From positions 1 to 64,000 of IMG/VR virus record IMGVR_UViG_3300031994_000086: a stretch of 64,000 nucleotides of DNA; one strand, 5' to 3'. The notes beneath the pieces were generated by a model. The model made no database searches. It saw nothing but the letters and a program-made list of their open reading frames with translations, and had not been told where the DNA came from. Shown here one piece after another: positions 1-8,834 of this stretch. The DNA comes from a virus. Made by a program: the position numbers and the translations under genes. Numbering within the stretch: position 1 is the stretch's first letter; every line of letters begins with the position of its first letter.

Positions 1-5
1 CATGG

Positions 6-386
6 GTGGATGTAAAGCGGTCAGTGAAGCGCAACGGCATCCAGTTTTATAACCTTACGATGGGAAAATACACAGTGGGTGTGGTGGCGTATGATGAAAG
101 TTGCGATATTCATTATCACGGTGAAACGAAAGAAACTGCGTTGGACGGTCTGCGCAAGAAGAAGGAAAAACTGGATTCGGACAAACAACGCTGGGCTATG
201 GAGGGCAGTGCCTTGCTGAATGCGAGCGAAGCCCATGACCGATGGGGATTCTGTTGGCCGGGTATGACAGAATTTGCCAATGCCATAGGCTTCGATGTTG
301 ACGGTTCATATAACCACCTTTCTGACCGACGTATTCTCGGTAAGTACCGCCGTGAACTTGAAATAGCAAAAATTATTAACTATTAA
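6..386 (+). CDS. hypothetical protein (accessory region, continues the box-led gene series seen at 57-64 kb)
   Basis: Six-frame ORF of 126 aa; same orientation as neighbours; no recognisable motif. Confidence 0.3.
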   Translation: MDVKRSVKRNGIQFYNLTMGKYTVGVVAYDESCDIHYHGETKETALDGLRKKKEKLDSDKQRWAMEGSALLNASEAHDRWGFCWPGMTEFANAIGFDVDGSYNHLSDRRILGKYRRELEIAKIINY

Positions 387-390
387 CAAA

Positions 391-609
391 ATGACAATAC
401 TTCAATTATCAAAACATGCGCAGTCATACTATGACAGGCTTAAAGCCCCCAGCCTGGCGCAAGGGTGGGAAAAGTACGTTGCCACCGACGGAACTACATG
501 CCTGTTCGTTAATTCAAACTACGAACCACAATCAGGCGAAGCTGTTTTCTTCCTTTCGACAAGAAACAGAAACACAATGTGCCAGTTGTATAAGATAAGT
601 CAATCATAA
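391..609 (+). CDS. hypothetical small protein
   Basis: 72-aa ORF; 'attattaactattaac' box lies immediately upstream at 377-390. Confidence 0.25.
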   Translation: MTILQLSKHAQSYYDRLKAPSLAQGWEKYVATDGTTCLFVNSNYEPQSGEAVFFLSTRNRNTMCQLYKISQS

Positions 610-617
610 TCACAGAA

Positions 618-1085
618 ATGGACAAAAGAAAATATCCACTTTTTATCATCGATACACAGCGGAGCCACGGGCGAGGCAGAGAAATAGACTATCTCGCCTG
701 TACCTCTGCATCTACACCATTTGTCGCAGAGGTGACGATGATTAACGAAACGCAGTATGCAGAGAGTTATGACGCAAGCAACTACAAGGTCGTTTACTCT
801 GACCCACAGAGAGGCATACGCATACGAATACGCATTGTCAGCATTGCCGATAATCACGACAAGGCAGAGGTGCGACAGTTGTTGCGCAGAGCATTGAAGG
901 AGATACTTATTCGCAAGAATACCGTAGGGGTAGATATTGCAGATGTATCAAACGAAGCGGTTGTGAAAACGATGGAAATCCTGTTGCAACAAGTGTATGA
1001 AAACCTCAGAGAGGAACCAGGAGACACCCAACAGAAGATGTTGCGTGCGGTGTTTGAGAAGATAATTAACGAGTTTAACCAATAA
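618..1085 (+). CDS. hypothetical protein
   Basis: 155-aa ORF, tightly spaced with neighbours. Confidence 0.35.
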   Translation: MDKRKYPLFIIDTQRSHGRGREIDYLACTSASTPFVAEVTMINETQYAESYDASNYKVVYSDPQRGIRIRIRIVSIADNHDKAEVRQLLRRALKEILIRKNTVGVDIADVSNEAVVKTMEILLQQVYENLREEPGDTQQKMLRAVFEKIINEFNQ

Positions 1086-1094
1086 CGAAAGCGA

Positions 1095-1364
1095 ATGAAG
1101 AAAATTAAAATTGTATTTTTTGCAGACGGAAAAATCTATTCTAAGGAGGTATCACTAAAAGATACTGAAACGTTCTTTTCTCCAGAAGTTGTGAAAGAGA
1201 AAAAGATAACAAAAGATTACAGAATAGCCATCGTGGAAAATTTCGGTGTGATTTTCTGTATTGACAAAAACGGTGCAGTTGAGGACAAAGGAACAGTTCT
1301 TGTGCTTAATGATGAGACAAACAAGCCAGAAGTATTCACACCTGCATCCATTACTGAGGTATAA
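1095..1364 (+). CDS. hypothetical protein
   Basis: 89-aa ORF with an A-rich leader and MKK start. Confidence 0.35.
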   Translation: MKKIKIVFFADGKIYSKEVSLKDTETFFSPEVVKEKKITKDYRIAIVENFGVIFCIDKNGAVEDKGTVLVLNDETNKPEVFTPASITEV

Positions 1365-1439
1365 TCACCTTGCGAGCCTATCCCCGACAGTGTTTATTCA
1401 TTGTTGGGGAACTTTTATTAACCAATACAGAAAAGAAAT

Positions 1440-2273
1440 ATGGAAGAAGTAAAAACAACAGATGTAGTGCAAGTCCCGAAATATCCGTTGAACTTGCGTA
1501 TGACATTCAATAATCTTTCTGAAATTGTAGGCAGAGAGGTTAGATGGGAAGATATTACAGACCACAATTTGGAACTTCTATTCCTGAGATTAGAGGAGAA
1601 ATATCGTGGCTCTACGCTTGTAACTATCTCTTATATGCTAAAGAACTTCTTGAAGCCGTATGAAGATATCATACCATCCAAGAACTACAGAAAGATATTT
1701 GTCGTAAACCTTGGTACAGGAGCGAATAATCTTGAATATCTATCACGAGACGAACTACACCGTATCTATCGTTATACACCAAAAAATGACACTGAGCGAT
1801 ATGTGCGTGTGATATTCTTGCTGATGGCTTTTACTGGTGCAAAGAAAGAAGATGTGTCAGGCTTTACCATTTATAACATCAATGATAAGGCTGGATATCT
1901 ATTCTATACCAACGAGAAGAACGGCATAGATGTCTCTGTACCTTTACATCCTCTTGTTAAGGGATTGATAGCAGAGAAGGCACAGATAACAAACAAGCCG
2001 TCCTCAACCGCACAAAACAAAGCGTTGAAGAATATCTGTAAAGAAGTAAAGATAGCAGGAAACGCCTTTGATGGAAAAGAGAGGTTTGAGAAGGTAACAT
2101 TTATTACCGCGCAGAAATCTTTTGCCACAGGCTTGTATGACCAAAATATCAAGGTCTCCGATATTCAGGATGTAATGGGACTAACATCAAGACGTATTAC
2201 CATACGCTACATCATTGGCTATCGCATGGAGAAAAACAAATCTTTCCTCCCGACAGCCGTCAGACACTTGTAA
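1440..2273 (+). CDS. degenerate tyrosine-recombinase-like protein (catalytic residues not conserved)
   Basis: C-terminal region 'AQKSFATGLYDQ...VMGLTS...IRYI' resembles the H-x-x-R...Y region of integrases but with substitutions; convergent with the bona fide integrase. Confidence 0.3.
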   Translation: MEEVKTTDVVQVPKYPLNLRMTFNNLSEIVGREVRWEDITDHNLELLFLRLEEKYRGSTLVTISYMLKNFLKPYEDIIPSKNYRKIFVVNLGTGANNLEYLSRDELHRIYRYTPKNDTERYVRVIFLLMAFTGAKKEDVSGFTIYNINDKAGYLFYTNEKNGIDVSVPLHPLVKGLIAEKAQITNKPSSTAQNKALKNICKEVKIAGNAFDGKERFEKVTFITAQKSFATGLYDQNIKVSDIQDVMGLTSRRITIRYIIGYRMEKNKSFLPTAVRHL

Positions 2274-2297
2274 TTTGCCTTAGGTGCAGAGAAACTG

Positions 2298-3434
2298 TTA
2301 TTCCTCTGCATCGCCGCCTAAAACATAATCAATAACCTTCCTGTTTGCTTCGTCAACCTTGCGTTGATTGAAGTCAACATACACACTCGTAATCTTAAAT
2401 CCGTTTGAGTGACCGAGAGCTGCTGCGATAGTCTCCATAGGGATATCCAGGGATGCAGCAATCGTTGCCCAAGTATGACGTGCATAATATGTTGTGATAT
2501 CTTTGCCAAATATCTTCAATATCTTGTTGGCTCTGCGCATCACATACATATAGTTGGAGTTTTCTCCATAAGAGAGGAGTTTTTTCTTTCCTCTATATCT
2601 GTTGATAATCTCCATCGCCTCAGGCTCTACCTTTACAGAATAGAGTCTACCCGTCTTACTTCTTCGGTATTCCAACCTGCCGTTTACTAACTGTTCAGGT
2701 GCCGCATTGAGAAGGTCAACGCTGTTTATGCCTATAAGATAGAACATAAGGACAAACAAATCCCTGTATTTGGATTGTGCGCTTGTCAGCTCCGTTTGCG
2801 AGATGATAAACCGTAGTTCTTCTATCGGAATGTTACGTTTTCTTGTCTCCTCAGAGGGGATGGAAAATTTGCGAAACGGGTAATTGTCCGTAAGGTCGTG
2901 TTTGATTGCCCAGTTCATTACAGAACGGATATTTCGCAGATGAATAGCCATAGAGTTGACCATCAGTTCATCATTACGCATAAAACGCACAAAATCTTCA
3001 AGCCACGTCACTGTTATATTCAATGAGGCGTGGCTATCAAAAGCATCAACCTTTCTCGATGTGGCTATATACATTTCTTTTGTACGTTTCGCCTTGCAAC
3101 TTTCTGAGTACATCATTATATATTCTGACAGAGATTTGTCAAACGCTCCTTTGCCGAATACCTTATCCATGATAAGCCTGCGAAGTTCGTCGTGTGGCAT
3201 CAGGGAGTTTTCAACGGCAATCTGCTCAATACGGTCAAGATATTCATTGAGTTTTATAGTCTTTGCCTTGTGATTACTCTCTGTGCGAGGGAACACACCG
3301 TCAGAGAAAACAGACTTGGTAAACAGACCAGTGTGTATGTAGAGCCTCTGAGGAGGTCGTGACACACAGACATATATAGGCATTGAGCCATCAGCACGTT
3401 TGCGTTGTTGATTTATAAACTGATATATTCTCAT
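2298..3434 (-). CDS. int: tyrosine site-specific integrase (phage integrase family)
   Basis: 378 aa; C-terminus 'ARHTWATIAASLDIPMETIAAALGHSNGFKITSVYVDF' matches the R...H-x-x-R...Y catalytic box II of tyrosine recombinases; lies beside a tRNA-like att core. Confidence 0.8.
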   Translation of the reverse strand: MRIYQFINQQRKRADGSMPIYVCVSRPPQRLYIHTGLFTKSVFSDGVFPRTESNHKAKTIKLNEYLDRIEQIAVENSLMPHDELRRLIMDKVFGKGAFDKSLSEYIMMYSESCKAKRTKEMYIATSRKVDAFDSHASLNITVTWLEDFVRFMRNDELMVNSMAIHLRNIRSVMNWAIKHDLTDNYPFRKFSIPSEETRKRNIPIEELRFIISQTELTSAQSKYRDLFVLMFYLIGINSVDLLNAAPEQLVNGRLEYRRSKTGRLYSVKVEPEAMEIINRYRGKKKLLSYGENSNYMYVMRRANKILKIFGKDITTYYARHTWATIAASLDIPMETIAAALGHSNGFKITSVYVDFNQRKVDEANRKVIDYVLGGDAEE

Positions 3435-3482
3435 GTTTACACAATGTTTACAATTTGAGTACCTTTAAGTACCTTTAAGTGC
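3433..3482. repeat. arm-type-like direct repeats beside integrase start ('atgtttaca' x2 and tandem 'gtacctttaa' x2)
   Basis: Direct repeats at 3433-3441, 3445-3453 and 3459-3478; a third 'atgtttaca' at 3671-3679 on the other side of the tRNA-like core. Confidence 0.4.
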
Positions 3483-3552
3483 CATTTCTTGCTCCAAAAC
3501 AAAAAACGCAAGACCTACAACAACCCATTGTAAAGCCTTACGTTTCGTGTTT

Positions 3553-3600
3553 CTGTCGGGATGACCAGACTCGAACTGGCGACCACACGCCCCCCAGATA
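3553..3600 (-). other. tRNA 3'-half-like segment (T-arm GCCAG-TTCGAGT-CTGGT plus acceptor-like CATCCCGA); candidate attP/att core
   Basis: Minus-strand 'GGTCGCCAGTTCGAGTCTGGTCATCCCGACA' has a canonical T-stem/loop but no matching 5' acceptor strand upstream, so it is a fragment rather than a gene; flanked by arm-type repeats and next to int. Confidence 0.3.
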
Positions 3601-3814
3601 TTATTCAAACGAATTGTAAGGCTTTAAGGTTTAGATAGATACGTTCTTTTGCTTTGGCGAAGTTTACGAAATGTTTACAAATCGTGTGATTTTAACACTT
3701 TTTCAATATTCTCGACACAGCTTTCAAGCTCTTCTATTCGCCTTACTGCTTGTGCGAGAATTTCTGTTGTTTTTCTTCCTGCCTCTAATAGGAAAGATAA
3801 ATCTAAATCCGATG

Positions 3815-4180
3815 TCATTTCTTATTTATATTTTTAAGGGTTTCAAGTAAAGATGATATTTGTTCGTCTTTCTTTTCTATTTGTGCATTAAGTGCGACGA
3901 TATGTGTTTTCAGCATATCAATGTACTCTTGTGTTATTTTATCCGTCTTAATGTTCGGTTCTGCCATTGGCGAGGAAAACATTTCTCCTTCGCCACTAAA
4001 TAACCATGCCCTGCTGAGTTCGGGGTAAAGAGAAAGCACACATTCAAGTACTTTGTCGCTTGGTCTCTGTATATTTCTCAGATAGCCGTTTGAAACATTT
4101 ATTTTCTTTTCAAAACGTGCTGCTGGTATTCCGAGATGATTAATAAACATCAATAATCTGTCTTTCGTTGAATTATCCAT
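3815..4180 (-). CDS. HTH DNA-binding regulator (Bacteroidales-type)
   Basis: 121 aa; N-terminal 'DRLLMFINHLGIPAARFEKKINVSNGYLRNI' helix-turn-helix and the 'LSLYPELSRAWLFSGEGEM' motif typical of a Bacteroidales HTH family. Confidence 0.5.
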   Translation of the reverse strand: MDNSTKDRLLMFINHLGIPAARFEKKINVSNGYLRNIQRPSDKVLECVLSLYPELSRAWLFSGEGEMFSSPMAEPNIKTDKITQEYIDMLKTHIVALNAQIEKKDEQISSLLETLKNINKK

Positions 4181-4202
4181 AATATCGGAGGGTGTTAGGT
4201 GT

Positions 4203-4805
4203 TTATACTAATCTACCGTAGAAAGTGACACGGTATAGCTGTTTTATATCCTCTTTGCGAATAGAGAATGGTTTGTAATTATATGATGTACATATCAAAC
4301 TGTCGGCATCGTTATCATCTACTTGCAGATGCTTAATCATTCTATCGTAGGTGGTAATGATGAGGTATATTTTGTCAGGGTCTATGTATTGATTGCGCTC
4401 TACTTCATCCACCACGATGATATCGCCAGCCTTTATCACTGGCTCCATAGAGCATCCAACTACAGGGAAAGCATATTTGCCGTGCACACCGTCAATCTCT
4501 ATTCTGCCTACTGGCTTTTCATTAGCTATTACGGTTGCGAGGTCATACTGCCCTGCGCTTACCTGAACATCTTTATAATAAGGTATTCCTCTATCAGATA
4601 GATGTGCTACGGGTTGCGTAGTGGGGTAGAAATAAGACATCGGGAGTCCGAGGGCGGTGCTTAGTTCTTCTACAAGCCCCGTCTTAATGTCTTGGGCATC
4701 TAATTTCTGACTAAATGATTGCTGGCTGAGATTTAACAGCTTTGCAATTTCTGTTAGTGACTTTCCAGTTTTCTGGAGTTGCATTTTAAGTACTTCGCCT
4801 GTCAT
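4203..4805 (-). CDS. CI/LexA-like phage repressor (N-terminal XRE HTH plus C-terminal S24 peptidase)
   Basis: 200 aa; 'SLTEIAKLLNLSQQSFSQKL' HTH; 'VVGCSMEP' Ser nucleophile motif and a downstream Lys ('MIKHLQ'); divergent from early genes. Confidence 0.75.
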   Translation of the reverse strand: MTGEVLKMQLQKTGKSLTEIAKLLNLSQQSFSQKLDAQDIKTGLVEELSTALGLPMSYFYPTTQPVAHLSDRGIPYYKDVQVSAGQYDLATVIANEKPVGRIEIDGVHGKYAFPVVGCSMEPVIKAGDIIVVDEVERNQYIDPDKIYLIITTYDRMIKHLQVDDNDADSLICTSYNYKPFSIRKEDIKQLYRVTFYGRLV

Positions 4806-4873
4806 ACAATAAAAGTATTGTTAATATATATTAAAACTACAACATTACTATTGTAGGTTACAATAAAAATACT

Positions 4874-4890
4874 TATCTTTGCAAAAGATT
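4874..4890 (+). promoter_or_regulatory. Bacteroidota-type -7 promoter element (TAtcTTTG) in the repressor/early divergent region
   Basis: 'tatctttgcaaaag' matches the TAnnTTTG consensus; a hairpin 'ccgccaaacgcaaggcgg' (4944-4961) follows and may be an operator. Confidence 0.3.
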
Positions 4891-5053
4891 AAGTGACTTA
4901 TCTCTTGCATATCTTTCATCATCATTTTGCAAAGTTAGTTATTTTTTCTCATACCGCCAAACGCAAGGCGGTTTTGCAGACTTATTTATTGATACGACAT
5001 ACGATTGAGGGTAGGCTCTCAATTCTGAAAGGCTTTAACTTAGGGTAACACCT

Positions 5054-5407
5054 TTGTTTGAGCCTTTTTATTGTTTAACCGCAAAACATAAAATCATTAT
5101 GAAAGTACAAGACAACAAAATTCGCATCTCAGGCTTAGATGCCAAGATGATTGCCTCCTCTTTGAGGGGTTATGCCGATGATATTTACAACGGTAAGGAA
5201 TGTGAGAATTGCAAGGATGTGGAAATAGAGGTATGTAACGGACGTGTATATGTTGACTGCTCTATAACATATCTGACAAGCCGAGATATAGACGAGATAG
5301 ATATTGAGCGTGTTGATGCAATGATTTACGACCCTGTATATGACGCTCTATCAGGTAATGAGATAGCAGCAGAGGATTATGACACAATAAAGAAAGAGCT
5401 GTTATGA
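5054..5407 (+). CDS. hypothetical early protein (Cro-position gene)
   Basis: 117-aa ORF, first gene divergent from the repressor. Confidence 0.35.
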   Translation: MFEPFYCLTAKHKIIMKVQDNKIRISGLDAKMIASSLRGYADDIYNGKECENCKDVEIEVCNGRVYVDCSITYLTSRDIDEIDIERVDAMIYDPVYDALSGNEIAAEDYDTIKKELL

Positions 5408-5550
5408 AAAAGAAGAGAAAGATATCATTCCTCAACGAGGATAGCGGAAAACATATTGTTATGGAGTGCGTAGGAAATATATTCCAGGCATTAATGTTAG
5501 CAGTTGCAAGCGGTACGCATATAAGTCATGTTACAATAAAACAATACTAA
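5404..5550 (+). CDS. hypothetical small protein (48 aa)
   Basis: ATGA start/stop overlap with the previous ORF; K-rich N-terminus. Confidence 0.2.
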   Translation: MKKKRKISFLNEDSGKHIVMECVGNIFQALMLAVASGTHISHVTIKQY

Positions 5551-5562
5551 ATTCATATAACT

Positions 5563-5790
5563 ATGGACATTAAAACCAAATTCAGCATTGGTGATGTTAT
5601 CTACACAGTAGATACAGACACCTTAAAGATTGTCAGCGCACCGATAGATATAATATCTATTACGGTGATAAAAAGTGACGAAAAGCCTACCATAATGTAC
5701 GGCTTAAAAACAGGAAAGTTCAAGTCTGTAACAGAAGATAAATGCTTCTCGTCTGCAGAAGAGCTGATGCGACATCTGACGCAGAAATAA
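5563..5790 (+). CDS. hypothetical protein
   Basis: 75-aa ORF. Confidence 0.35.
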   Translation: MDIKTKFSIGDVIYTVDTDTLKIVSAPIDIISITVIKSDEKPTIMYGLKTGKFKSVTEDKCFSSAEELMRHLTQK

Positions 5791-5793
5791 CCC

Positions 5794-5847
5794 GGTGTGC
5801 GCCACCGCTGAAATATGGCGGTACGGTCGAACCGAGGCGCACACACC
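5794..5847 (+). other. Y-shaped structured element (10-bp outer stem GGTGTGCGCC/GGCGCACACC enclosing two hairpins); terminator or ncRNA
   Basis: Perfect complementarity seen directly; inner hairpins ACCGC-tgaaatatg-GCGGT and CGGT-cga-ACCG; no U-tract. Confidence 0.3.
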
Positions 5848-6138
5848 AAGAAAGAATACAGAGAGAAAGAGACGTTCTTTGACTTATTTACATTAATAGC
5901 GATAACAGAATTAGATAACGTGGGTATAACCCACATAGTGACTAATACAACGTAAGCGAGAGAAAGGGATGCGGCAACAGCTGCAAAATCGGTAAGACAG
6001 CTTGCTTACGGCAATACCCCACTGGTGCAACAGGCAGCATAAGCCGTCAAGTGTCCTCATAGACAGACTGACGGAGGACGTGAGTTCGAGTCTCACGTGG
6101 GGAGCACTCTGTTGTTTAACTTTTAATGAATCAAGATT

Positions 6139-6735
6139 ATGGCAGAAAAGAAAATGAATGCCCATGTATGTCTCAATGAGATACAGGGCAAGTTAAATGC
6201 TCCGAAGGGGCAGTTTAACAGTTACGGCAAGTATAAATACCGCTCTTGCGAGGACATCCTTGCGGCGGCTAAGCCGTTATTAAAGGAGTTTAATTGCTCT
6301 CTCCTTATTACTGACGATGTGCAGTTGATAGGCACACGCTTTTATATCAAAGCGACAGCGACACTGACAACGGCTGACGGAGACTCTATTTCTACAACGG
6401 CTTTTGCACGAGAGGAAGAAGCAAAGAAAGGTATGGATGCGTCACAAGTGACAGGTGCAGCAAGTAGTTACGCTCGCAAATATGCTCTCAATGGTCTGTT
6501 TGCGATAGACGACACAAAGGATGTTGATACCCTTAACAATAACGCAGCATACACTCAGCCAGTAGTAGATAACACTGCAAGACTGAAAGAAGCCCTTGCT
6601 AAGGTAGCGTCCGCTACAACCGCTGACGCAGTAAAGAACATCTACAAAGAATATGCTGACATCAAAGGTGTCAAAGCGTTTTATAATGCCGTAGTATCAC
6701 GAGGCAAGGAATTATCTAAACCATCTGTAGCATGA
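6139..6735 (+). CDS. ERF-family single-strand annealing protein
   Basis: 198 aa; 'GKYKYRSCEDILAAAKPLL' and 'GAASSYARKYALNGLF' resemble conserved ERF/SSAP blocks; followed by an exonuclease. Confidence 0.55.
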   Translation: MAEKKMNAHVCLNEIQGKLNAPKGQFNSYGKYKYRSCEDILAAAKPLLKEFNCSLLITDDVQLIGTRFYIKATATLTTADGDSISTTAFAREEEAKKGMDASQVTGAASSYARKYALNGLFAIDDTKDVDTLNNNAAYTQPVVDNTARLKEALAKVASATTADAVKNIYKEYADIKGVKAFYNAVVSRGKELSKPSVA

Positions 6736-7724
6736 TAGAACTAAAAGACATAACTCAGAGTATTCTCTTTGATGATGTCGCTCATACTTATACTCGCCTG
6801 TCAGATGGAAAAGTCCTGTGCGGTGTTACTACATTGCTCCGTAATATGGGACTTTCCGCTGACTATGGCGGTATAGATGAGACGGTGCTACAACGTGCTG
6901 CAGAACGTGGCAAGTTGATACACGCACTCTGTAACAAGACAGATATCGTCAATGAGGAACTGACAGACTTTGATGTGATAGATATGTATAACTCTCTCAA
7001 GGAGCAGGGGCATATTTCTATTCTCGAAGATGAGACAGGTATGTATGAGGCTAACGAGTATCTTCGCTTGCGTAAGGAACAAGGATTGATACCTGTCGCA
7101 TACGAATATCTTATATCGGATGGAGAGAACATCGCATCGTGTATTGACGAGGTATATACCACAGAGCTGTTACAAAAAGAGAATGCAGTAATACTCGGAG
7201 ATATAAAATCAACGAGCACTATACACCATTTACCTTTGAATTGGCAACTGAGTATATACAAGTATCTGTTTGGATTGCAGAATCCGGGCATTAAAGTCGC
7301 TGGCATTATCGGTATCTGGCTACCTAAGCGACAATATGGAGAAGCCAAGATATTTGATGCTGAGGAGATAGCAGTAAATGATGTGATACGACTGATACAA
7401 TGCTTCGCAAACGGAGAAGAGTTCAATCCTATCGCTCCTAAGCAAGACAATCTTCTCGCTCCGATACAAGACCTCGCTGATATATTACGCAAGATAGACG
7501 TACTGAAAAAGCGAGAAACAGAGATACGAGAGCAGATGGCACAATGGATGGCAGAGAACAATGTGCCTATCATAGAGCATGATGGAGTCTCTGTAATGTA
7601 TGTCCCAGGAACTTTATCAAAGCGTTTTGATAGCCGGTCATTCAAAGCAGACCATAAAGACCTTTACGAGCAATACTGTAAGGAAACTCTGGTAAAAGAA
7701 AGTATAAGAGTTAAAATCAAGTAA
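6732..7724 (+). CDS. PD-(D/E)XK family exonuclease (YqaJ/lambda-Exo-like recombination partner)
   Basis: 330 aa; 'IDEVYTTEL...ILGDIKST...QLSIYKY' fits the D...E-x-K plus QxxxY signature; translationally coupled to the ERF gene. Confidence 0.5.
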   Translation: MIELKDITQSILFDDVAHTYTRLSDGKVLCGVTTLLRNMGLSADYGGIDETVLQRAAERGKLIHALCNKTDIVNEELTDFDVIDMYNSLKEQGHISILEDETGMYEANEYLRLRKEQGLIPVAYEYLISDGENIASCIDEVYTTELLQKENAVILGDIKSTSTIHHLPLNWQLSIYKYLFGLQNPGIKVAGIIGIWLPKRQYGEAKIFDAEEIAVNDVIRLIQCFANGEEFNPIAPKQDNLLAPIQDLADILRKIDVLKKRETEIREQMAQWMAENNVPIIEHDGVSVMYVPGTLSKRFDSRSFKADHKDLYEQYCKETLVKESIRVKIK

Positions 7725-7736
7725 TTACAAAAAACT

Positions 7737-8123
7737 ATGGAAGTAGAAGGAAAAGTTATCCAGTCGCTACCTATACAAGAAGGTGGAAGCGGAGAAAAGT
7801 CATGGAAGAAGGGCGGTTTTGTTATTGAGACCTTCGGTAAATATCCGTCAACGATAGCGTTTGATGTGTTTGGCGATGAAAAGATAAACGACATCCCCAA
7901 CATTCTCGGTATGGTTGTTAAGGTGTCTTTTGATGTCAAGAGCCACGAGTATAACGGCAAGTGGTTTCATAACGTAACCGCTTACAAAGTGGATATTGCA
8001 GGAGATAGAGAAAGACAGCAACCTACTGGACTTATCTCAAGACCAACGAGCGCACAGCCTGCGCAAGTTGCACAGACAACGCAGGCAGCTCCACAGGAAA
8101 ATGAAGATCCACTGCCGTTTTAA
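7737..8123 (+). CDS. DUF3127-like OB-fold protein (putative ssDNA-binding)
   Basis: 128 aa; 'GKVIQSLPIQEGGSGEKSWKKGGFVIETFGKYPSTIAFDVFGDE...NGKWFHNVTAYKV' matches the Bacteroidales DUF3127 pattern. Confidence 0.5.
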   Translation: MEVEGKVIQSLPIQEGGSGEKSWKKGGFVIETFGKYPSTIAFDVFGDEKINDIPNILGMVVKVSFDVKSHEYNGKWFHNVTAYKVDIAGDRERQQPTGLISRPTSAQPAQVAQTTQAAPQENEDPLPF

Positions 8124-8193
8124 TAAATCTTGATTATCGGAGCTGTCTGTTACAATGACAGGCAGTTCCTTTTCTTCTTAAATATCCAAACCG

Positions 8194-8634
8194 ATGAAAT
8201 TAAATGTATTGTACCGCAACGGAGTGTTAGCGCCTTGTTACAACGAGGATTATGAGAAAGCCAAGAGCCTCCCACAGAATACACCTCTGAGCGCAAGTTT
8301 TCAGACATATAGAAATCCTGACTTCAACAGGAAATACCACGCACTGATAAATCGTGCCTGGGAAGTGATGAATGAACAACAGACATCTTTCTTCGGTGCG
8401 AGAGGCAAGGAGGCTTTCAGGAAATCTATGCAAGTGACGGCAGGGTTTTATGACCCAGTGTATAACTTCTCGACAAAACAGTGGCAACAAGTTCCACGCT
8501 CTACATCCTTTGAGAACATGGAGGAAGATGAGTTTAACGAGTTGTATAACGGGGTGTATGATGCTATCAGGGCATTGTTCACTAATAGCAGTATGACAGA
8601 AGATGAATTTGATGCGGTATTTTGTGATTTTTGA
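8194..8634 (+). CDS. hypothetical protein
   Basis: 146-aa ORF. Confidence 0.4.
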   Translation: MKLNVLYRNGVLAPCYNEDYEKAKSLPQNTPLSASFQTYRNPDFNRKYHALINRAWEVMNEQQTSFFGARGKEAFRKSMQVTAGFYDPVYNFSTKQWQQVPRSTSFENMEEDEFNELYNGVYDAIRALFTNSSMTEDEFDAVFCDF

Positions 8635-8834
8635 CTATGAGAACAGCAAAGGTAATACCAATAAAGAGCGAGTTTATATCCAATGCTAAGGCACAGGAAT
8701 ATCTCGGTGTAAACGCAACGTTTTTCAAACGCTTGCGAATGAATGCTCAGATACACTATTATCGTGTAGGTAGAACGGTGTTCTACAAAGTCAAAGACAT
8801 CAATGATTTGATAGAAAAGAATAAAATACTTTGA
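8631..8834 (+). CDS. small HTH/excisionase-like DNA-binding protein
   Basis: 67 aa; 'AQEYLGVNATFFKRLRMNAQIHYYRVGRTVFY' resembles the MerR/Xis-type HTH common in Bacteroidales elements. Confidence 0.45.
   Translation: MTMRTAKVIPIKSEFISNAKAQEYLGVNATFFKRLRMNAQIHYYRVGRTVFYKVKDINDLIEKNKIL

Noticed and set aside
3649-3837. 62-aa ORF on the + strand inside the att/int-proximal intergenic region
   Set aside because: It overlaps the arm-site region and the end of the HTH gene on the other strand, has low-complexity Ser/Leu composition, and has no leader motif. It is likely spurious.
6016-6107. Class II tRNA gene (T-arm GTGAG-TTCGAGT-CTCAC, acceptor-like GTGGGGA)
   Set aside because: I could not form a D-arm or a 7-nt anticodon loop, and there is an A:A mismatch at position 1:72. 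The same hairpin-then-TTTAAC-box architecture occurs at many gene leaders. It needs tRNAscan-SE; I did not call it a tRNA.
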